A DNA stretch of 16,918 bases from an uncultured bacterium. GTDB taxonomy: Bacteria > UBP14 > UBA6098 > B30-G16. Below, in pieces: positions 6,538 through 15,500 of this stretch. The notes beneath the pieces were generated by a model. That model was not told the origin of the DNA, did not search any database, and worked only from the letters and a program-made list of their open reading frames with translations. The position numbers and the translations under genes were made by a program. The stretch is from assembly GCA_965552135.1 (NCBI GenBank), contig CBEVQY010000041.1, positions 1 to 16,918 on the forward strand. The letters are read 5' to 3'. Position 1 is the stretch's first letter, and every line of letters starts with the position of its first letter.

Positions 6538-9500
6538 ATGGCGCGGTTTTTGGTTTGCGTTTTAGTCTTGATGGGAGTGCTTTTTGCGGGCGGGGGAAGA
6601 ACCGTTTTGATCCCCGCCGAGGTCAAGTTCGTTGCCGATTCCTTCGCTGGCGATTGGGGCAGGTGTCTTTACGCGACCCACACACCCTGCGCGAACACCA
6701 CGGTCATATCGGCAAGCTCCGAGACGAACTGGCAGATCGCCCAGCGCAGGAACTGCGGCGGAGTTGCGGGCTCGATGGTCCAGCACCTGCTCATCTTCCA
6801 GTTCAACACCACCGCAATCCCCGACAGCGCCATCGTCGAGCAGCTCATTTTTGGATTGAACGTAACGAGCATAAGCACCAACAACGGCATGGTCAACCTC
6901 CACGTTATGTCCCGCGACATGCTCGACATAAGCGGTCGACCCTCGGAGTACTTCACCGACCTTGAGCGCTACAACGACGCAACCAACGGAAACAGCTACT
7001 TCACGGGCGAGGCGATAAGCCCCGGCGTAAACGAGATATACCTCAACGCCCAGGCCGAAAGCGACTTTACTGATCTTCTTTCCGAGGACTGGTTTGCCTT
7101 TTCGGTGCTTTTGGACGAGTTTCTGGACATCACCGATACGTGCATAGCCTATGTGGCTACGCCCGAGAGCCAGCATTACCTCAAGGTGACGTATCATCTT
7201 CCCGCGGCGGTTCGGGTGCAGACGTCCTTCGACGGCGGCGAGGTCATCGTCGACGGCGTCACGCACTCATCCCCCTTCGACACGACCTGGATCTCCGACG
7301 AGACCCACACCATCGGGGTCGACTCGGTGCAGACGCCGGGTGTGGGGGTCAAATACGAGTTTCGCTTCTGGTCCGATGGCGGTGCGAGGGTTCACGAGGT
7401 CATAGCCGCCGACACCGCGCAAACCTACACCGCATACTTCGACACCTTCTATCAGGTCGTCCTAAACTCGCCCTACGGCACGACCGAGGGGGCGGGATGG
7501 TATCCGCCGGGCTCTATGGTTAACATCTCCGTAAGCCCCGAGACTGTCTACAACGCCGATACCACGATACGGCACGTCTTTGGCGGCTGGGTTGGCACAG
7601 GCAGCGGATCGTACACCGGTCCAAGCAGCTCCGCGACCATCGTCGTAAACGGCTTCATCGTCGAGGACGCCGTCTGGGACACAAGCTACTACCTCACGGT
7701 AACAAGCTCGGGCGTTCCCGACACCACGCCCTACCTTGAGGGCGAGGGTTGGCATCCGCCCGAAAGCTGGGTCCACATCTTTGCGCAGGACTCGATCTTC
7801 CACGACGGCGTTTGGTACATCTTCGACCACTGGAGCGGCGGCGTCTTCGGCGACTCCACAAGCAACGACGACAGCGTCTACCTCGACTATCCGATAACGA
7901 TAACCGCCGTCTACGTTCCCAACCCCGAAACAGAGGTCTTTCCGCCCGAAAGCGTTGTGGCGCGAAGAGGCGACGGGATTCTTCTTCCGGCGATAATGAC
8001 CGCCGTCGTCGACGTTGAGCTCGACAGCTTCCAGTTCGACCTTGTGTTCGACACCACCGCGCTTTCGTTCGATACGGTGGAGTTCGCCTCGATTCCGTGG
8101 AGCGAGCTTTCGTACTCGCTTTTGGGCGATACGGTTCGCGTGTTCGTTGACCAGCCTTCGCCCACGGTTGTATCCCCGCCCGAAACGCTTTTCTTCTACC
8201 GCTTCACCGTGCGGACCGATGCGCCATTCGGGTGCACACAGCTTGAGATGCTGAACTTCCTCTACGATCTTTCCGATGCCCGCACGCGCCCCGGAACGCT
8301 CTGCGTGCGCCCTGAGACCGTTGCGGTTGTGGTGACGAACGATTTCGGCGCCGGAACGGTTTGGGTCGACTATACGCCCTATGCCGCGCCTTACTCCGCC
8401 GAATGGCTTGGGGGAGAGGCGCACACGATAGGTGCAGAGTCGCTGTACACGCCCGCGGAGGGCGTTGAGGTCAGGTTCTCGATGTGGTCCGACGGAGGTG
8501 CGATAGAGCACACCGTCGCGCCCATATCCGACACCACATTCGTTGCGGAGTACGATTCGTTCTTCTACCTTTCCGTCGAGAGCGACTACGGCAGTCCTTC
8601 TGGCGAGGGGTGGTACCTTGCGCACACGGCGGCGACCTTTTCCGTCTCGCCCGAGACGGTATACGATGCTTCGTTGTGCACGCGGCACGTGTTTTTGGGC
8701 TGGAGCGGCGATTACGTGGGCACCGACAATCCCGCCACCATCTGGATGAGCGCGCCATCATCGGGGAGGGCGCTTTGGGGGACCGAGCACCTCATCGTGC
8801 TCGACTATACGGGCTGTGACGGCGCTGTCCCCACGCTTGCCGGCGGCGGCTGGCACGCCGAGGGCGACACCATACCCATTTCCGCCTCCGACTTCGTCAC
8901 TGCGGGGAGCGATACGTTCTACTTCGTCCAGTGGGTTGGCGGCAACGTCGTTGATCCGTTCAGCTCCTCCACGCAAGCCTGCGTCCTCGGTCCCGATACG
9001 ATAGTCGCCCAGTACGGTCCCACGCCATTCTATATGAGCGTTGCCCCGCCGGAGACCCTCTTTGCGCCAGACGAACTCTTCCCGCTGCCCATCGTTTTTG
9101 ACGCCCCTGTGCCGGTCTCGGTGAGCGAGGGGTATGTTGAGGTGATCCTCGACGGCGCGTCGGCTGTGGCTGTTCTCCCCAGCGGAGCCTTATGGGATTC
9201 GCTGGATTACAGCCTCATCCCCGGGGGAGTTGGCGCCTTCGTCTGGGGAGATGCGACCGTCTCGCCCGGAGAAACGCTCTTTTCGGTGCTGTGTGATCCG
9301 GGTGAGCTTACAAAGTTTATGGTTACAACGCAGGATCCCAGCTTCGATTTTGCCGCCGCTGAGGTTGGAAGCGGCGAGGTGTTCGTTTCGCAGCCCGTTT
9401 TGGTGCAGATACTCACCTCCCACGCGGGCGCTGCGGCGCTGATCAACGGCGAAAGTCACGCCTTGCCCTATTCCGCCGTCGCCTCGGCTTGGGACACGCT

Positions 9501-12500
9501 CGTCCTCGACTGCGACTCGGTTCAGTCGCCTGATCCCTACACGACGCTTTCCTTTTCGGGCTGGAGCGACACCGCCGGTGTGAGGCTGCGCAGCCTTGTG
9601 CCGGAGGGCGATACCACCCTGACCGCAAACTTCGTCCAGAACGAGTGCGCCCTGACCGTTGTGACGGAGCACTGCCCCGGCGATAGCGCAACGAGTTACT
9701 ACGCCTGCGGCGGAGACGTGGTGTTCTGCATCTGCGCGGATTCGGTGTTGGAGGGCGAAAGCTTTTACCGCTTTTCCGGCTGGACGGGCTTTGGTCCGGG
9801 CGCGTACAGCGGACCCGACAGCTGCCACACAATCACCCTCGCCGGGAACGTCGTTGAGCGGGCAAACTGGACGGCTTTCCATCACCTCTCGGTTTCGTAT
9901 TCGGGTTGTGGGGGTGCCTCCCCCGCCGTTGAGGGCGATGGGTGGTACGAGGAGGGCACCTACGCCTCGGTTTCGGCGCCCGACTCGGTGAACGACGGCG
10001 GAGTGTGGTATCACTTCGTCTTCTGGGACGGTCCGGTTTCGGATAGGCTATCGCCGTCGACCACGGTTCTTGTGGATGCGCCCACAAGCGTTGTTGCCGT
10101 GTACGGCACCGCCTCTGCGGATGTGGTCGTCGAGCCGCCCGACACGACGTTCGCCGCGCCAGGCGAGTTCTTCGTCGTCCCGATCGTCCTTTGGGGCGAC
10201 GCAACGACCGACTCCGTCGCCCTCACCGTCCACTTCGATTTCGGCATCATGGGCGTCGTCGACGCCTTCTCTCCGTTCGACACCCTCCGGATCAGCGACC
10301 ACTCGACCGAAGGCTACGTGGAGCTTTCCGCCTGGGGCGATGCCGTCGCCCTGAGCGATGGCGACACTATCTTCGAGCTTGTCTGCGTCTCCCGCGATAC
10401 CTCCGGCGCCTGCGTGCTTGCGGTGTCTGGTGTCTCGGGGTTGGGCGCCGCTGTGGGCGTGGATGGGGTTGTGGAGGTTGGAGGTGTGGCGCACGTAACC
10501 CTCCGCACGTGCCCGGGGTGCACGCTGGTCGTCTTGGGGGACGTGTACGTCGACTCCTTCTGTGCGGATGTTCCCGTTGGCTTTTCGCTTGAGGTCGATG
10601 CGCCCGCGGTGCAGGGTGGCGATGGCGCGAGGTGGGTTTTCGACGGCTGGTCCGACGGCGGATGCCGCCGTCGAACCCTGCGGGTCGAGGGCGATACGTC
10701 CGCGCAGGCTCTGTACAGAAGGCAGTTCTACGTCGACGTGTCGAGCCCGCTGGGGAGCGTCGCGGGCTCCGGCTGGTACGATGAGGGCGAAAGCGCAACC
10801 TTCTCCGTAAGTCCGTCGTCCTTTGAGGGCGATACCGTTCGCTGGAGCTTCGACCGCTGGGTAGGTGAGGGCGACGGATCTTACGACGGTGCGGACAATC
10901 CAGCGAGCATATCGGTGATCGGTGCTGTGAGCGAGACTGCGCTGTGGCGGCGTGAGTTTCTCGTCGAGCTTGCGAGCGATGGCGCCCTTGCCGACCTTGA
11001 GGGCGGGGGGTTCTACCGTGAGGGCGAGCGGGCGAGCGTTTACGCGCCGCCGCAGGTCGGGGATGCGAGGTTCGTCACGTGGAGCGGTGGCACCTTCGCC
11101 GATTCGACGAACCACTCGACGAGGCTTCTGGTCGACGGGCATGTCGTCGCCGTGGCGCACTACTCGCCGAACTTCGTCGCGCCCGCGGTGACCGAAGCGC
11201 TCGTGGGCGACACCTTCTGCGTCCCGATCGTCTACCACGGCGATGCCGTTTTCGTGGACACAGCTGAGGTCGTCGTTCGGTTCGCCGGGGGCATTGTGGA
11301 ATTTCTCTCCGCCTCGGAGTGCGGAGCGTTCGCGCTGGAGATCGACACAACGTGCACTGGCACCCTCACGATGATCGGTGTCACCCTCAATTCGCCCTCA
11401 TACGTCGACGTAAATGAGGGCGATACCCTCTTCTGCCTTTGCTTCGTCGCCGTAACTGAGGGCAATGCTCTGATCGAAGTCCTGCAACCCTCCGGTGATC
11501 TCCTGGGGGTTGCCGGTGGGGAGGGTGAGGTCGTTGTGGGTCTGGCTGCATCCGTTCACATCGGGGGCATAGACGGCGGGCCGGTCTTTTGGGACGGCGT
11601 TGAGCACACAGCTCCGTTCGACACGACCGCCGTGGTCGGTTCGCGCCACACCGTCTCCGTCCCCGAGACGGTGGTGGTTGGCGGTGAGCGCTTTACCTTC
11701 GCGGGTTGGTCCGATGGTGGAGCGGCAACGCATGTCGTTCGCATCGAGGGCGACACGAGCTTGGTCGCGGCGTTCGATGTGGCGTTTTGGGTCGAGGTGA
11801 GCACCCCTTACGGCGCAGTTTCGGGCGGCGGCTGGTACGATGAGGGCGATAGCGCGCTCGTCTTCGCCTATCCCGAAACGGTCTATGAGGGCGCAACGCG
11901 CCACGCCTTCTCCGGCTGGAGCGGTACGATCTCATCCGCCGAAAACCCGCTTCGCTTCGCCGTGACGAGAGCGGAGACCCTGCAGGCGCTTTGGAGCACG
12001 CAGCACTACCTCGACGTGATAAGCGAGTTCGGCTCTGTGTGGGGCGAGGGCTGGAAGGACGACTGGGTCCTTGCGTGGGCGGGTGTGTCGCCGGAGACGG
12101 TCTACGTTTCGGACGGGCTGCGCGCCGTCTTCATCGGTTGGGGCGGCGACACAAGCGGATACATCAATCCCGTGGGCTTTGTGATGAACGAACCGAAGCG
12201 GCTTGTTGCCCTGTGGAAGCGGCAATACAGGGTCGCTGGTGGAAGCGACAGAGGCACTGTTGAGGGCGACGGCTGGTACGATGAGGGCGACACCGCATGT
12301 TTGAGGGTTACACCCTCATCCATCGACTCGACTGAGGGCGTGCGCTGGGCGTTCGACGGCTGGTTTACGTCCGCGGGTGTCTTTGCCGAAACGACCGTCT
12401 GCTTCGAGGTTGCCGCGCCGGAGTCGGCGTGGGTGGATTGGGGGCTGCAGTATTATCTTTTCGTCGACGGCGGCGGGCATGGCTCCGCAACGCCCCCGGG

Positions 12501-15500
12501 CTGGTATGATGCGGGCGAGGAGGTCGTGGTGTCCGTTGACCCGGACATGGAGGTGGTGGGCGAGGGCGTGAGATGGGCGTTCGTCGGCTGGAGCGGCGCC
12601 TACTCGGGCGATGAGAACCCCGCATCCTTCAGGCTCCTTGGACCCGATACGGTGACGGCGCTTTGGGAGAGGCAGTTCTATCTTTCGGTCACTGACAGCG
12701 GCGCTGGGGCGTCTCACCCGGAGCTTGAGGGCGAGGGTTATCATCCTGCGGGTGCCGAGGTTTCTGTGTGCGCGCAGCAGGTGGCGTATGAGGGCGAGGT
12801 CAGGTATCATTTCGTGCGCTGGAGCGGCGCAACGTTCGACGACGATTCATCCAGGTGCGCAACGCTTATCCTCGACACGACCAGGACGGTGGTGGCGCAC
12901 TACTCGCCCTACGAGGTCTCGCCGCAGGATACGATAACGGGCGCTTTGGGCGAAACGCTTGTTGTGCCCATCATCCTCTACAACGACGCCCTCACGGCGA
13001 TAAACACGATCCAGTTCACCCTCTTCTACCCGACCGCCCTTTTGACCTATCTCGGCGTTGAGGATCCCCCTGGGATCTCCTGGAGCACTCTGACGGGTTC
13101 CCCCGGGGGCGACAGTCTTGTGATTTTCGCGAGCATCGCCAACGTCTACGTCACGCCGCCCGAGACGCTTGTTCTGGTGAAGTTCCGCGTGTCGGGGTCG
13201 GGCGCGGACAGTATGTGGTGCGGGCACTTTAGGTATTCCATCTCCGGCGCGACGGGTTCGCGGTCGGCTGTGTTCGTTGGTGATCCCGTGCCCGTCACCG
13301 TGACCACAGACCTGCCCGGCACAAGCTACGTCATGGTCGACGGGATGTGGGTTTCCGCTCCGTTCGACACGTCTTGGCTTCCCGGCGAGCCGCACACGAT
13401 AAGCGCGCCGCCGGTCGTCGCGCCGACCTCGACGTCGGTCTTCGTCTTCGACGGCTGGTCGGACGGCGGCGAGCGAACACACGTCGTATCGGCATCCGCG
13501 CCCGACACCTTCGTTGCGGGTTACGCCGTTTGGTACAAGCTTTCGGTCGAAAGCGAGCACGGGAGCGCCTGGGGCGGGGGATGGTACGATGCGGGCAGCG
13601 TCGTCGACTTTGGCGTCGGTCCTGCGTGCGTGCAGGAGGGCGGGTCGAGATATAGCTTTTCCGGCTGGGAGGGCGCTGGCGACGGTTCGTACAGCGGACC
13701 CGAGAGGTTCGCGCAGGCAACGGTCAACGGACCCATCACGCAGACCGCGCTGTGGGACGCCGAGCATTTCGTTTTCGTCGAGAGCGAGCGCGCCGCCGTC
13801 ACAGGCGGCGGGTGGTACGCGGAGGGCGAAACGGCGACCGTCTCGTGCTATCCCTCCGTCGTCGAGTCGACGCAGGCGGTGCGCTTCTCCTTCGGAGGAT
13901 GGTTCGGAACGGCGGCGTCGAGCGATAACCCCTTCTCTTTTGCCGTCCTGAGGGCGGAGTCGCTCCGCGCGCTGTGGCGCAGGGAGCTCCTGGTTGTGGT
14001 CGAGAGCCCACGTGGCGTGGCTTCGGGCGGCGGATGGTACGAGGAGGGCGAGAATGCTCACATCTCCATCTCGCCAGCTGTGGAGGACTCGGCGGGCGTC
14101 GTCAGGTTCGAGTTCGCCGGCTGGGAGGGGACCGTCGACACGCCGGCTGTCGAGTTCGATTTGGCGGTCCACGCGCCTGAAACCCTCTTCGCTCGCTGGC
14201 GCAGGCTGGTGCGAGTCGATGTCCTGAGCGATTGGGGCACCGTTTGCGGAGGTGGTTTCTACGCGCCGGGCGAGACGGTGGTCGTCGCGGCGCTGCAGGA
14301 AAGCGTCGACGTGGACGGCACGAAGATAGTCTTCGTGGGCTGGGCGGTGGGCGGCGACACGCTCGCCGAAAATCCCTTAAGCCTCGTCGTCGGCGCGGAG
14401 CCCGAAACGGTCCGAGCCGTCTGGACCACGCTCTACCAGCTCACCGTGACGTCCCCATATTCGACGACGTTCGGCGGTGGCTGGTACGCTGAGGGCGCCG
14501 AGGTGAGCTTCGGCGTCAACGAGGTCGGGATTGAGCTTACGCCGCACGATTCCGTCAAGCTCGAGGGCTGGCGCGGCACGGGCATATACTCCTACACCGG
14601 CGGCGGCAATCCCGCGTCGGTCGTCGTGGAGTCGCCTATAGTGGAGGAAGCGCTCTGGGGCGTTTACCACGAGGTCTCCGTAAGCTCCGACTACGGCTTC
14701 GCTTACGGCGGCGGATGGTACCGCGACGGCGACACCGCCTCCTTCGGCGTGACCCCAGAGACGTTGGTCTGCGACGGATTCGAGGTGCGCTTCAGCCGTT
14801 GGGGCGGCGACTATGTGGGCACCGAGAACCCGCACGCCGTCGTTGTGGACACCGCCGTTTCGGTCTTCGCGGTCTGGGACACGCTTTGGCTCGTCGTGAC
14901 GGGGTATACCGGCTGCGGTGGCGCGGTCGTCGAGGTCTCGGGTGGTGGGTATTACCCCGCGGGCGAGACGGTGGTCGTTGCGGCGCCAAATCTGGTGTAC
15001 GACGGCGCGCAGCGATTCCACTTCGACCACTGGACCGGCACAGTCGCCGATGCCGACGAAAATCCGCTCGCCTTCGTCCCCGCTGGACCCGAGACCGCTG
15101 TGGCGGTTTACTCCGCCTTCGAGGTGTCGATGCCGGGGACGGTGACCGCAGCGCCCTCGGAGACCATCGACGTCCCCGTGATCCTCTACGACACAGCCGC
15201 CGTCGACCTGGACACGATCGGACTTGACGTCGTCTTCGACGGGGCGTCGCTTTCGCCCGTCTCGCTGGTCGATCCGGGCATCGGCTGGGACACGCTCGGG
15301 CTTTTTGACCTGGGCGGTCGCGCGAGGATCTTTGCGGCGAGGGCGTCGGGCTATTCGGCTTCGCCGCCCGAAACGCTCGTCTTCGTGCGGTTCGCCGTCT
15401 CGACGACGCCCGTCAGCGGCACAATGCACTGCGATTCCGCCAGATACGATATCGCCTCCGCGGGGACGGTGCCGTCCCTGTTCGTCCCGCAGGAGGGCTT

